64,000 bases of DNA, taken from contig JAFWDK010000012.1 in NCBI GenBank assembly GCA_017513085.1, positions 1-64,000 of the forward strand. The letters run 5' to 3'. Position 1 is the stretch's first letter, and every line of letters begins with the position of its first letter. Of the stretch, positions 10,501-19,175 are shown piece after piece. The stretch comes from Clostridiales bacterium (GTDB lineage: Bacteria > Bacillota > Clostridia > Saccharofermentanales > Saccharofermentanaceae). The translations under genes were made by a program, and so were the position numbers. The notes under the pieces were generated by a model, which searched no databases, was not told the origin of the DNA, and saw only the letters and a program-made list of their open reading frames with translations.

Positions 10501-10569
10501 TTCTTCGGTCAGTCGCCGGAGTTCACAAACATCTGTAAGAAGTACGGTATTGATCGTGGCACGATCTAG
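7534..10569 (+). CDS. Secreted LRR surface protein: signal peptide, LRRs, FN3, PT linker, second LRR block, three DUF4214-type repeats
   Basis: Signal peptide MKKKIWG..., NFPDEYFR cap, LxxLxxxxNxL repeats, FN3 (VTLAW..YTDEDLNPNTTYYY), FVERLYTVALGR...YW anchor repeats. Confidence 0.88.
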   Translation: MKKKIWGAGCIIAALIAAPMYGASKGVAVRADEYEPQAGDVAINEENFPDEYFREWISENLDATPDGVLTKSEISLVTRIDCKDSHIADLTGVKFFTNLESLDCRNNVIEELDLSGMPYLENFLAGYNVLSKIDASNCKKLTFWGINYGYGNKMSVEDTMWNCTDKTGIYAYSYYYGNPLKSVDFSGCISLEVFVNTNDTLTEADFSGCTALKKINLTNKQIESINITGCSNLEEVHLAENEMQTLDLTGCQKLRILELYSNKFVTIDLTPCPNLEELNINANQLKNIDVSSNKLLRQLVCKENQLVSLDVSNHAMLDDFSCRFNNIKTLNLSGCKKLTDLSYIHEDNPLESLDLSDCISLNEFSINDTPLISVDLSRCSGLVRVDLSNNQLEEISLDGCDHLQELNVYNNNLEDLDISTCKRLETLDCRLNYLTKKPSASNLTVKFDPQKILEAPSGFKVETVSEESVTLAWDDAGEDIHYELFRSDSKDDGYISIYSADRCTSYTDEDLNPNTTYYYKLRLWISVDRIVIESPFSDTLEAKTKALPTPTPTETPSPTPNPVTPTPTPVVKKTGIKIDEEHFPDKAFRKYVSESIDKDSNGLLSQDEITITDFMDVSEQGIQSIKGIEYFADLKWLGCEHNSISTIDVSKNAKLTSLWCGDNKITGLVINPNLMYLECNDNLLTSLDVSKNKELDVLVAHHNKLASLDISNCKVKGVVDDDYLEFVEKEDFYAYIDPEKNEYYLSFDKTTKIIGANVPVPSTGSIADFVERLYTVALGRPSEKEGKEYWVKEITNGNKTGADCGLFFLTSEEFNNRGLSIENFVETLYQTFFGRASEPNGKAYWVGELKSGRKSRADVIWGFIDSKEWCNICADYGVKSGAPTAKAEHASQNAIDFATRLYTCCLGRASEEGGLKYWSLALTNLEQTGCSAAKLFFTSEEFVKFKLKDDEYVRRLYTTFMGREPAKDEIAYWIGEIKKGSQTRYSIMQFFGQSPEFTNICKKYGIDRGTI

Positions 10570-10594
10570 AATTAGATAATTCAAGTAGTGAAGC

Positions 10595-10627
10595 AGTCCT
10601 CCTGTGGAAGCCATCCGCAGGAGGACT
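10595..10627 (+). terminator. Intrinsic terminator
   Basis: AGTCCTCCTGTGGA-AGCCA-TCCGCAGGAGGACT stem after stop codon. Confidence 0.7.
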
Positions 10628-10750
10628 TACATTTTCAATTGCCTTTGAAAAAATAAGTGTTTAAGCTTATCCATAACACACATCTTTCTTGGAATTCTGG
10701 GTGCGGTATAATAACTATAATGTGATTATGCGATACGGAGAATAAGTTGA

Positions 10751-11506
10751 ATGTTTGGAAAAGAGAATCATATTACGTTAGATGATTACAAATTGTTCTT
10801 GGAGATACTGTGGAACACCAACAGAACAGAAACAGAAGCTGTGCAAAAAGCAGTAGAGTATTTCCTGTGGGCGCTTTTCGGGCTTTCTTCTGACGTCAGC
10901 GTTGTTGATGTACATAACGATAACATAATTACTTCTAAACATGATCCGTCACGCTTTTACCTCTTGCGTGGTATTGAAGCTAAGAAAGAATCACTTACAA
11001 AAAAGCGAATGACAGAGAAGACCCGGGAAGATATAAAGTCACGATATGAAACTGCCCAGAATGAGTTTGCAAAAAGGAAAAACATGTATATGGGTGGGGA
11101 CGATAACGATAGTTTTTACTCAGGTCCGCCGGATCTGATGGTTGTGAAGAACTATAACTATGAAAACATTGAACATGGAAATGGTACGATTTGTTTTCTG
11201 GTAGAAACAAAAGAGTTTGAAGAAGATTTGAAAAAGATTCAGGAAAAAGATTCTAAGTTTTCACAGATTTTCTCACATATGACGCAAGCAAACAACGTCG
11301 TTCTTACTAATGGAAAAATGTGGATACTATATACACAGAAATCAAATGATCATCCGAACTATGACGAATGGAAACAAGAAGTATTACAGAATTCAAAGGT
11401 GTTTGAACTCTGGAATGACAAGAACGAAAAGAATACCGAAAAGTTTGAAGAGTTGTGTGAGACACTAAAAAATCTGGCGGCCAATACAAACAAAGTAACC
11501 TGTTAA
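10751..11506 (+). CDS. Stand-alone PD-(D/E)XK nuclease-like protein (HsdR N-terminal-like)
   Basis: PPDLMVV...FLVETK...Q...VVLTNGKMWILY motif series; TATAAT at 10707 and GGAG RBS. Confidence 0.6.
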   Translation: MFGKENHITLDDYKLFLEILWNTNRTETEAVQKAVEYFLWALFGLSSDVSVVDVHNDNIITSKHDPSRFYLLRGIEAKKESLTKKRMTEKTREDIKSRYETAQNEFAKRKNMYMGGDDNDSFYSGPPDLMVVKNYNYENIEHGNGTICFLVETKEFEEDLKKIQEKDSKFSQIFSHMTQANNVVLTNGKMWILYTQKSNDHPNYDEWKQEVLQNSKVFELWNDKNEKNTEKFEELCETLKNLAANTNKVTC

Positions 11507-11517
11507 TCTTGCATATT

Positions 11518-11600
11518 GTTCCAGCGTATAGATTAATTCATTCAAGAAGGCGGTTCCGAGATACAAGGGAACGGCCTTCTTTGGATTTGACATATTATCG
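11518..11600 (+). repeat. 83-bp direct repeat copy 2 (terminator)
   Basis: Matches 7135-7217 at offset 4383. Confidence 0.92.
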
Positions 11601-11628
11601 TTCTGTAAACTTTCACGAAGAAAAGGCC

Positions 11629-11692
11629 AAATTCGCTACTATTCTGATATTCTATGTTTAACGAAAAGAAAGCCTTGAGCAGGCTCTCTTAA
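11629..11692 (+). promoter_or_regulatory. Conserved leader element, copy B (first hairpin degenerate)
   Basis: TCGCTACTATTCT...AAGAAAGCCT-TGAGC-AGGCTCTCTTAA. Confidence 0.7.
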
Positions 11693-11723
11693 TCTTGATT
11701 GTATGTGGGAGGGGAATGAATAT

Positions 11724-14405
11724 ATGAAAAAAGCAGTGATAGTGACGGCATTGGTCGCATCTGTAACATTTGCTGTTTCTTCAATCAACTTGTTTGCTAA
11801 GAAGGTGGCCTATGCAGACGAAAATATAGTATATCCGCAGGCGGACGTGGCAATTGATGAGAAGAATTTCCCAGATGAGTATTTTAGAAAGTATGTATTG
11901 AATAATTTTGATCAAAATCACGATGGTACTCTTTCTGAAGCAGAGATTGCTGAAGTTACGAGAGTGGTTTATGAAGGTAAAAATGTAAAATCGCTTAAGG
12001 GAGTGGAATTTTTTACTGAACTAAAGGATTTGTGTTGTTCTAATTGTCAATTGACGAGTTTGGACGTGAGCAAGAATACGAATCTTACAGAATTGGACTG
12101 CAGATATAACCAGCTGACTAATCTGGATGTGAGCAAGAATGCGAATCTTACAAAATTGAAATGCGGTTCTAACCAGCTGACTAATCTGGATGTGAGCAAA
12201 AATACGAAGTTGGAAAATTTGAATTGTTATGGAAACCAACTGACTAATCTGGATGTGAGCAACAATCCGAATTTGATAGACTTTGATTGCTCGGAAAATC
12301 AATTGATAAGTCTGGATGTGAGCAACAATTCGAAGTTGGAAAACTTGACTTGTTTGGTAAACCAACTGACTAATCTAGATGTGAGCAACAATCCGAAGTT
12401 GAGATTCTTTAGTTGCAGGGAAAATCAATTGACAAGTCTGGATGTAAGCAACAATTTGCAGTTGAAAGTCTTGTATTGTGGTAAAAACAAACTGAAAAAT
12501 ATAGATTTAGGTCAAAATTCAAATCTGGAAGTATTGGGGTGCGAATTTAACCAGCTGACGAGTTTGGATCTTAGCAAACTTGGTTATTTGGATGCTCTGG
12601 TATGTGATAATAATCAGATTGATAAACTCGATGTTTCGAACTGTACGGAATTAATATCGCTGTGCAAGAAATTTGGTGTTCAGCAGAATATAACCGGAAT
12701 GTGTCAAGTGGCACACGAACAAGAATATCTTTTTTTCTCGGTCGATTCAGTTGTGAAGATGACACCAGAGTTATTCGTACCCATAATGCCAAATTCAATG
12801 AGTGTAGAAATTGATCTTTCAAATGAAGGTATTCCGCGTAATGGAAGTGATGATCCGATTCATGCATGGAATGCTTTATGGTATTTGGATATGGTGTATG
12901 ACTTGTTCGATAGTTACTATGATAGAGGTATTACGTCAACAGATTTAGATCGCGATGGTCATTACGATGTGGATGAATTCTATAATGGAGATTTTTACCT
13001 TAAAAAATCAGCTTCCTGTAACATCAAAGATGAATTTGTTTTTAAGAAAGACCAATTGAAAGATACGATCTACAAAGAAATTGCAATTGTATTTGGTGAG
13101 CATTATACAATATCGTTTGATGCAAATGGCGGAAGTGGAGTTATGGATTCGAGAAGGCTATTCGATGGAAAAGAGTTTGTACTCCCAGAATGTGAGTTTG
13201 CTGCACCGGAAGGAAAAGAATTTGACCGATGGAATCTGGGTGACCCCGGTGTTTCTGTTAAGATTACTGCCGATACCACGCTCAAAGCACAATGGAAAGA
13301 TATAATTTATTCAGTAAAAGTAACAACTGACGGGCATGGAACTGCGCTTGCTTCAGTAGATAATGGTGCGATGGGTACAGAAGTCACATTGAAGACACAG
13401 CCAAATGATGGCTATAAGTTTAAAGAATGGCAGGTCATATCTGGTGGAGTTACAATTAAGGATGATAAGTTCGTGATTGGTACTGAGAATGTAGAAATCA
13501 AGGCGTTTTTTGAAGCAGTATCTTCAAATCCTACTCCGAGCGTATTTCCAACGCCGCCAGCGGTCCCTGCAACTCCAACTCCAGTAGGGCAAACTCCTAC
13601 TAATGTTCCTACTCAGAATCCTACACCAACACAGCAGCCTACACCCGCTCCCTCCAAAGGCACTATCGCCGATTTCGTTGAGCGTCTTTACACGGTAGCT
13701 CTTGGGCGTGCATCCGAGAAAGATGGTAAAGAATTCTGGGTTAAAGAGATCACAAATGGTAACAAGACCGGTGCTGATTGCGGTCTGTTCTTCCTAACAA
13801 GTGAAGAGTTCAACAACCGTGGCCTCAGTATTGAGAACTTTGTAGAGACGCTTTACCAGACATTCTTCGGACGTGCTTCTGAACCGAATGGTAAAGCATA
13901 CTGGGTTGGTGAACTGAAGAAAGGATCGAAGAGTAGAGAAGATGTTATTCGTGGATTCATCGATTCTACAGAGTGGTGTAATATCTGTGCGGATTACGGA
14001 GTTAAGTCCGGCGCGCCGACAGCAAAAGCAGAGCACGCATCGCAGAACGCGATCGATTTTGCAACACGTCTTTACACTTGCTGCCTTGGCCGTGATCCAG
14101 AAGACGGAGGGCTGAAGTACTGGTCACTTGCCCTGACAAACTTGGAGCAGACAGGATGCACAGCAGCAAAAGAATTCTTCATGTCACAGGAGTTCGTCAA
14201 CCTTAAACTGAAGGATGACGAGTATATCAGGAGACTCTATACGACGTTCATGGGACGTGATCCTGAATCAAGCGAGATCGCATACTGGACGGGAGAAATC
14301 AAGAAAGGCACGCAGACCAGGTACAGCATCATGCAGTTCTTCGGTCAGTCACCGGAGTTTACGGAAATCTGCAAAAAGTACGGTATTGATCGCGGAACAA
14401 TCTGA
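11724..14405 (+). CDS. Secreted LRR surface protein with InlB B-repeat/Flg_new-like domains, PT linker and DUF4214-type repeats
   Basis: Signal peptide, NFPDEYFR cap, 21-aa LRRs (NQLTNLDVSKN), YTISFDANGGSG, GYKFKEW, same C-terminal anchor as 7534-10569. Confidence 0.88.
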   Translation: MKKAVIVTALVASVTFAVSSINLFAKKVAYADENIVYPQADVAIDEKNFPDEYFRKYVLNNFDQNHDGTLSEAEIAEVTRVVYEGKNVKSLKGVEFFTELKDLCCSNCQLTSLDVSKNTNLTELDCRYNQLTNLDVSKNANLTKLKCGSNQLTNLDVSKNTKLENLNCYGNQLTNLDVSNNPNLIDFDCSENQLISLDVSNNSKLENLTCLVNQLTNLDVSNNPKLRFFSCRENQLTSLDVSNNLQLKVLYCGKNKLKNIDLGQNSNLEVLGCEFNQLTSLDLSKLGYLDALVCDNNQIDKLDVSNCTELISLCKKFGVQQNITGMCQVAHEQEYLFFSVDSVVKMTPELFVPIMPNSMSVEIDLSNEGIPRNGSDDPIHAWNALWYLDMVYDLFDSYYDRGITSTDLDRDGHYDVDEFYNGDFYLKKSASCNIKDEFVFKKDQLKDTIYKEIAIVFGEHYTISFDANGGSGVMDSRRLFDGKEFVLPECEFAAPEGKEFDRWNLGDPGVSVKITADTTLKAQWKDIIYSVKVTTDGHGTALASVDNGAMGTEVTLKTQPNDGYKFKEWQVISGGVTIKDDKFVIGTENVEIKAFFEAVSSNPTPSVFPTPPAVPATPTPVGQTPTNVPTQNPTPTQQPTPAPSKGTIADFVERLYTVALGRASEKDGKEFWVKEITNGNKTGADCGLFFLTSEEFNNRGLSIENFVETLYQTFFGRASEPNGKAYWVGELKKGSKSREDVIRGFIDSTEWCNICADYGVKSGAPTAKAEHASQNAIDFATRLYTCCLGRDPEDGGLKYWSLALTNLEQTGCTAAKEFFMSQEFVNLKLKDDEYIRRLYTTFMGRDPESSEIAYWTGEIKKGTQTRYSIMQFFGQSPEFTEICKKYGIDRGTI
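12045..12485 (+). repeat. 63-bp tandem repeats encoding LRR units
   Basis: Units start at 12045, 12108, 12171, 12234, 12297, 12360, 12423 (AACCAGCTGACTAATCTGGATGTGAGCAA-like). Confidence 0.9.
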
Positions 14406-14427
14406 TCACAAACTAAGTATTATCTTT

Positions 14428-14484
14428 ATGAGGCCATCTGCACTACATAAGTGTGGGTGGCCTTTTTAACAGAAAGTTAACAAA
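14428..14484 (+). terminator. Intrinsic terminator, duplicated at 17814-17870
   Basis: GGCCATCTGCACT-ACATA-AGTGTGGGTGGCC-TTTTT. Confidence 0.85.
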
Positions 14485-14522
14485 TAAATCTGTAACTGCC
14501 CCAAACGGCGGATTCTCCTAGG

Positions 14523-14582
14523 AAAATCGCTGCTATTCTACGAGTAGCAGATTAAGATAGCCCTTAACAGGACTATCTTAAT
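14523..14582 (+). promoter_or_regulatory. Conserved two-hairpin leader element, copy C
   Basis: CTGCTATTC-TAC-GAGTAGCAG then ATTAAGATAGCCCT-TAAC-AGGACTATCTTAAT. Confidence 0.75.
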
Positions 14583-14611
14583 TCAATCTTGTGAAATGGG
14601 GTGTTACGAGA

Positions 14612-17600
14612 ATGAAATGGGTTAAGAATTTCCTACGTGGAGCATTTGCAGTAGCATTGTCTCTTTGCATATTGCTTGGAGTAGCATATAAAACAAATGT
14701 TAATGCTGTTGCTGTATCCGATATTCAAGCTTTGCTGAGTACAAAAATGACTGAGAATGGATTTAAACCAGGACAGTCGCTTTCAGAATCAAATTGCTGG
14801 AAATTTGTTAATTCGCTTTGTAGTTATCTTTATAAGCATGGACTACCATCTCAAATGCCCAGTAAATATGAATTTTATAGAACAAGCAATAGATTTCATA
14901 CAGGTTGGGAGGATAACTATATCCAGGTTGGAAATACATTGACAATAGCTGATGGAACCTTAAACTCTACTTCGTTAACGAATCTCCTTTTACAATCCCA
15001 ACCTGGTGACGTTATTCAGATGAATTACAATCGAGATAGCGGAGATGATTTTCATACTTTAATGATATATTCTATTTCTAATACTGGTGCGATTTTTTAT
15101 CATGCAGGTTCAATAGTATACTTTGGGGGCAACGGTTTTTGGGGAACGAAAGGAACCGAAATACCATGGGCAACTGTATGGAGCATGTTTGGTCAATCAA
15201 ATGACGGTATTAGTATTTATCGTTCAAAGAGAGTTACAGGAGGCCAAACACCGTCTAACGATCCACCGACGATTTCTGTTTCTGGTTTCAATGCGCCGAC
15301 AAATCTCAATGTTGGTCAGTCTTTCGGTCTTTACGGAACAGCAACATGTTCGCCTGGCGTTATTTCACAGGTTGAAGCCAAGGTACTTAATTCCTCGATT
15401 GGAATAACGGTATACCCGGGTTCCTCAGCATTTAATGTCCGTAGTAGCTATTCTGGAGGCAATGTAAATAATGCAATCGCCTTCAATAAGTTATCTGCAG
15501 GTTCATATACTCTGTACTATAAGATAACTGCTCAAAATGGGAATAAGACAACAGTCAAGGAACTGTCTTATCCGTTTACCGTTGGATCAGTAACTCCTAG
15601 TACTCCGGAAATCTCGAGTATTACTGCATCTAAAACGGCTACTTTATCAGGAGACACAGTTACTATCAACTGGACTACGAAAAATGCGGGGTCAGTGTGG
15701 CTCCATGTATGGAAGGACGGACAACCGGAATACTTTTCAGAAGGACAGGGGAGTAATACTTCCAGAGCTATAACTTTGAATGGCGCTGGAGTCTATGAAG
15801 TGAAACTCACACCATATTCAGGGCAAGGATATACAGGAACTGAGGGCAGTTACGCTTCTGTTTTGATCTATGTTTATAATGCGATTACAGATCCATGGAT
15901 AACTGCTGATAAGACAAATGTTGTGGTCGGCGAAACAGTAACATTCTCGTTTGGCGCGAATAATGCACAGCTTTATTGCTTGGGATTTGATAAAGAAGGC
16001 GTCGGAAGAATCTGGACGCCTGACTGTGGGACACAGACGACCTTTGCTACTGCTTTTGATTCTCCAGGAACGTACACGGTTTACGCCTCTTGCTACATCC
16101 CTGATGTACAAAGCGTTGATACGAGCAAAGTAACAATTAATGTCAGTCCAGATTTCTCGATGATTCTTTCTTGTGGGGATTCTGTTGAATATGGGGAACC
16201 TTTCACAGTGAACTGGACACCGGTACAGGGTGCAGTTCGTTATAGAGTCGAGTTTTACTGCAAAACACGAAGTAAAAATGGTTTTATAGTATATTACGAC
16301 TATGAAACTACGAAAACATCATATTCTTTAAACGCCCATTTGGCGGGGGGACTTGCATACGATTTCTTCTCCCAAGATTTCTATGAAGATTACTCTGTGG
16401 GCATTTATTCCGTGGATAGTAATGAAAAGAGCTCTTTCTGTGGAAATCTTCCTCTGAGAATTACCGCGCCCTATGTTGAAACTCCACAAATGAGTGTCCA
16501 GAGTGTATCCAATCAGTCATTTATTTTGAAATGGAATGCAGTTGTAGATGCCGAAGCATATGTTCTGTATTTTAGATTGCCTTCGGAGGAAAAAACTCGA
16601 AGTGCATATCATTCCAAGGATACAACTCTTGAGATAAATCAGGAAATGGCACTAAAACAATACGGAAAAGAATTGATACCGGGTGAAACATATTGTGTAA
16701 GAATAGCTACTTTTAAGAAAGTAGAGGGAGAAGAAGGGAGAAGCTCTGCACGATTTCGCTCAGATATGAGCGAGGAACTCATGATTACTATTCCGACGGC
16801 TACGCCTACGCCAACTAAGGCACCTACTAAGGTGCCGTCAAAAGCACCCACTAAGGCTCCAACTAAAGCACCTACAAAAGTACCAACAAAAAAGCCTGTA
16901 ACACCAACGCCGACGAAGAAAGCGACACCTACGCCTACTAAGAAGGTCACACCTACAAAGACACCTACGAAGACACCGACAAAGATGCCAACTAAGGTTC
17001 CTACAAAGGTGCCGACTCAGAAGCCTACACCAACAAAAGCACCTGTCTTCAGTGATTTTGTAGAGAGATTGTACACTTGTGCGCTGAACCGTGCTTCGGA
17101 GCCGGGTGGTAAGAAGTTCTGGACAGATGAGGTAACGAGCGGAAGAAGAACAGGTGGCGATTGTGCAAGATACTTCTTGCTTGAGGCACCTGAGTTCATG
17201 AACCGAAATCTCAGCGTGGAGGATTTTGTAGAGACGCTTTATAAGACATTCTTTGATCGTAAGTCCGATGTAGCCGGAAAGAAAGGCTGGGTGGACGCGA
17301 TCAAGTCCGGAGCGATGTCACGAGCCGTGGTCGTTGAGAATTTTATCGAGTCAACTGAATGGTGTAATATCTGTGCTAAATACAGCGTTAAGTCCGGTGC
17401 GAAGTACCACAAAGCAACAGTTGCATCGCCGAATTCAATCAGCTTTGCGACAAGGCTGTATACCTGTTGCCTGAAGCGTAGTGCGGATGCAGACGGTGTA
17501 AAGTACTGGAGCTTAGCTCTGACCAATCTCGAACAGACAGGCTGTTCGGCTGCTAATTTCTTCTTCACGGGACCAGAGTTTACAGCTCTGAAGACATCCC

Positions 17601-17791
17601 CTGAAGAGTATGTAAGAAGATTGTACACAACGTTCATGGATAGAAATGCCGATGAGGGTGAGGTCACATACTGGGCAAGCAAGATCCGCAATAATGAGAT
17701 GAGCAGACTTGCTGTGCTTCAGTTCTTTGGCCAAAGCGAAGAGTTTACAAATATCTGCGCGAAGTACGGTATCGATCGTGGAACGATCTGA
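14612..17791 (+). CDS. Secreted surface protein: putative CHAP/NlpC-P60-like N-terminal domain, Ig-like domains, PTK linker, DUF4214-type repeats
   Basis: Signal peptide; NCWKFVN...QPGDVIQM...HTLMIY Cys/His pattern; beta-rich middle; (PTK)n linker; FVERLYTCALNR anchor ending YGIDRGTI. Confidence 0.8.
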   Translation: MKWVKNFLRGAFAVALSLCILLGVAYKTNVNAVAVSDIQALLSTKMTENGFKPGQSLSESNCWKFVNSLCSYLYKHGLPSQMPSKYEFYRTSNRFHTGWEDNYIQVGNTLTIADGTLNSTSLTNLLLQSQPGDVIQMNYNRDSGDDFHTLMIYSISNTGAIFYHAGSIVYFGGNGFWGTKGTEIPWATVWSMFGQSNDGISIYRSKRVTGGQTPSNDPPTISVSGFNAPTNLNVGQSFGLYGTATCSPGVISQVEAKVLNSSIGITVYPGSSAFNVRSSYSGGNVNNAIAFNKLSAGSYTLYYKITAQNGNKTTVKELSYPFTVGSVTPSTPEISSITASKTATLSGDTVTINWTTKNAGSVWLHVWKDGQPEYFSEGQGSNTSRAITLNGAGVYEVKLTPYSGQGYTGTEGSYASVLIYVYNAITDPWITADKTNVVVGETVTFSFGANNAQLYCLGFDKEGVGRIWTPDCGTQTTFATAFDSPGTYTVYASCYIPDVQSVDTSKVTINVSPDFSMILSCGDSVEYGEPFTVNWTPVQGAVRYRVEFYCKTRSKNGFIVYYDYETTKTSYSLNAHLAGGLAYDFFSQDFYEDYSVGIYSVDSNEKSSFCGNLPLRITAPYVETPQMSVQSVSNQSFILKWNAVVDAEAYVLYFRLPSEEKTRSAYHSKDTTLEINQEMALKQYGKELIPGETYCVRIATFKKVEGEEGRSSARFRSDMSEELMITIPTATPTPTKAPTKVPSKAPTKAPTKAPTKVPTKKPVTPTPTKKATPTPTKKVTPTKTPTKTPTKMPTKVPTKVPTQKPTPTKAPVFSDFVERLYTCALNRASEPGGKKFWTDEVTSGRRTGGDCARYFLLEAPEFMNRNLSVEDFVETLYKTFFDRKSDVAGKKGWVDAIKSGAMSRAVVVENFIESTEWCNICAKYSVKSGAKYHKATVASPNSISFATRLYTCCLKRSADADGVKYWSLALTNLEQTGCSAANFFFTGPEFTALKTSPEEYVRRLYTTFMDRNADEGEVTYWASKIRNNEMSRLAVLQFFGQSEEFTNICAKYGIDRGTI
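16793..17045 (+). repeat. Low-complexity Pro-Thr-Lys linker repeats
   Basis: PTATPTPTKAPTKVPSKAPTKAPTK...PTPTKAP. Confidence 0.85.
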
Positions 17792-17813
17792 TTACAAGCT
17801 GAGCTATATATAG

Positions 17814-17870
17814 ATGAGGCCACCTACACTACAAAAGTGTGGGTGGCCGTTTTTACAGAAAGTTAACAAA
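17814..17870 (+). terminator. Intrinsic terminator, copy of 14428-14484
   Basis: GGCCACCTACACT-ACAAA-AGTGTGGGTGGCC-GTTTTT; stem differences preserve pairing (G-U versus Watson-Crick). Confidence 0.85.
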
Positions 17871-17898
17871 CTGATTTGTTCCCCGAAAGTATGGGCAT

Positions 17899-17959
17899 TT
17901 TCGACTGCTATCCTACGGATAACAGTTAAAGATTGACTTCACATGTCAATCTTTAACTG
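17899..17959 (+). promoter_or_regulatory. Conserved two-hairpin leader element, copy D
   Basis: CTGCTATCC-TAC-GGATAACAG and perfect 15-bp stem CAGTTAAAGATTGAC/GTCAATCTTTAACTG. Confidence 0.72.
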
Positions 17960-17978
17960 CTCTGTGTACGGGGAGGAT

Positions 17979-19127
17979 ATGAAAATGCGTAGATTTAGAA
18001 AAGTGAGCGTATTAGCTCTATCTTTGATGATGGTTTTTGAACTTGCTTCATGTGCAAAAGAAGAAAAAAAGAGCACAAGGGAAATTACCGTTGCAGCATA
18101 CAATGATTTTCCTACAACTGTAAATTCAAGTGATGATTACACAACAACTGAGACAGAACCTAGTGAAACGGAGACTGTTAACTATGAAGGTATCCTTGTT
18201 CAAAGCCTTCATACTGGTGATAGGTACAAATGGAAGAGTACCGGAACATACAAGTGTGACGCGTTTACCGTAAATCTGGACTTTATTGATCCTGAAACTG
18301 GTGCAATTACACACTTTAAGACGTTTTCAAGCGAGCAGACACACTCTTGCGGATACTATTATTCAGTAAGTGATAACGTTAACGAAGCCAGAACGCAGTT
18401 CAATGCTGATTATTCTGCCATGGTTGCGATATTAACCAAAGACGATGGAGCAGAACACATAGGGTGGATCGATGAAGATGGAGAGTTCTTTGATGTCTCT
18501 GAGAGAATAACCCACAAGAGTGATTTTGGATCTATAACAAAACATAGTCAGCCTTGCTTCTGGGGCGATTATATGTATTTTTACGATCAAACGGAGGGTG
18601 TTGAATGTATTAAGCGAGTTCCTCTTAATAACCTTCAAGAAAATACAGTAGAGTTGATGTGGAGCAAAAACAAAAGTAACGGCCATGTCTATCCGAAGCC
18701 GGATGGCAGCATCCCGGATGAACCATATTTTTATGAATACTCGACTGCGGACTCAGAATACGGAGCATATCCGATTCAATTCGGCGGGTGGATCAATACA
18801 AATGAATGTGTAGGCTCAGACAATGGCATGATCTATCGTTATAATCTCGAAGGGTTTTCGGGAAAACAGAGTACAGGTCATTGGTATAGCAGTAAAACCG
18901 AGCTGATTCCAAATGTAAGCGGAAGAGTTAATTTAGTCCCTGTTCTTTCACCAGATGGGGATAAAGTGGCATTTATCTCAAGTGTGAATGGAAAAAACGA
19001 GTTGTTTGTTGTTGATGCTTCGTGTGGAGAACCGAAAAAAATCGATACAGATTACAATTTTTCAGAAGTGGCGTTTATAGGGGGCAGGGTTGGTTTTATA
19101 GGATGGATAAGTAATGACAATGCTTGA
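17979..19127 (+). CDS. Lipoprotein with C-terminal TolB/PD40-like beta-propeller motif
   Basis: GGAGG RBS; lipobox LASC; Thr/Glu-rich linker; PVLSPDGDKVAFIS. Confidence 0.75.
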   Translation: MKMRRFRKVSVLALSLMMVFELASCAKEEKKSTREITVAAYNDFPTTVNSSDDYTTTETEPSETETVNYEGILVQSLHTGDRYKWKSTGTYKCDAFTVNLDFIDPETGAITHFKTFSSEQTHSCGYYYSVSDNVNEARTQFNADYSAMVAILTKDDGAEHIGWIDEDGEFFDVSERITHKSDFGSITKHSQPCFWGDYMYFYDQTEGVECIKRVPLNNLQENTVELMWSKNKSNGHVYPKPDGSIPDEPYFYEYSTADSEYGAYPIQFGGWINTNECVGSDNGMIYRYNLEGFSGKQSTGHWYSSKTELIPNVSGRVNLVPVLSPDGDKVAFISSVNGKNELFVVDASCGEPKKIDTDYNFSEVAFIGGRVGFIGWISNDNA

Positions 19128-19175
19128 TAGTTGTCTGATGAATTTAGAATCATAAGCATTTATGGAGGGAATAGT

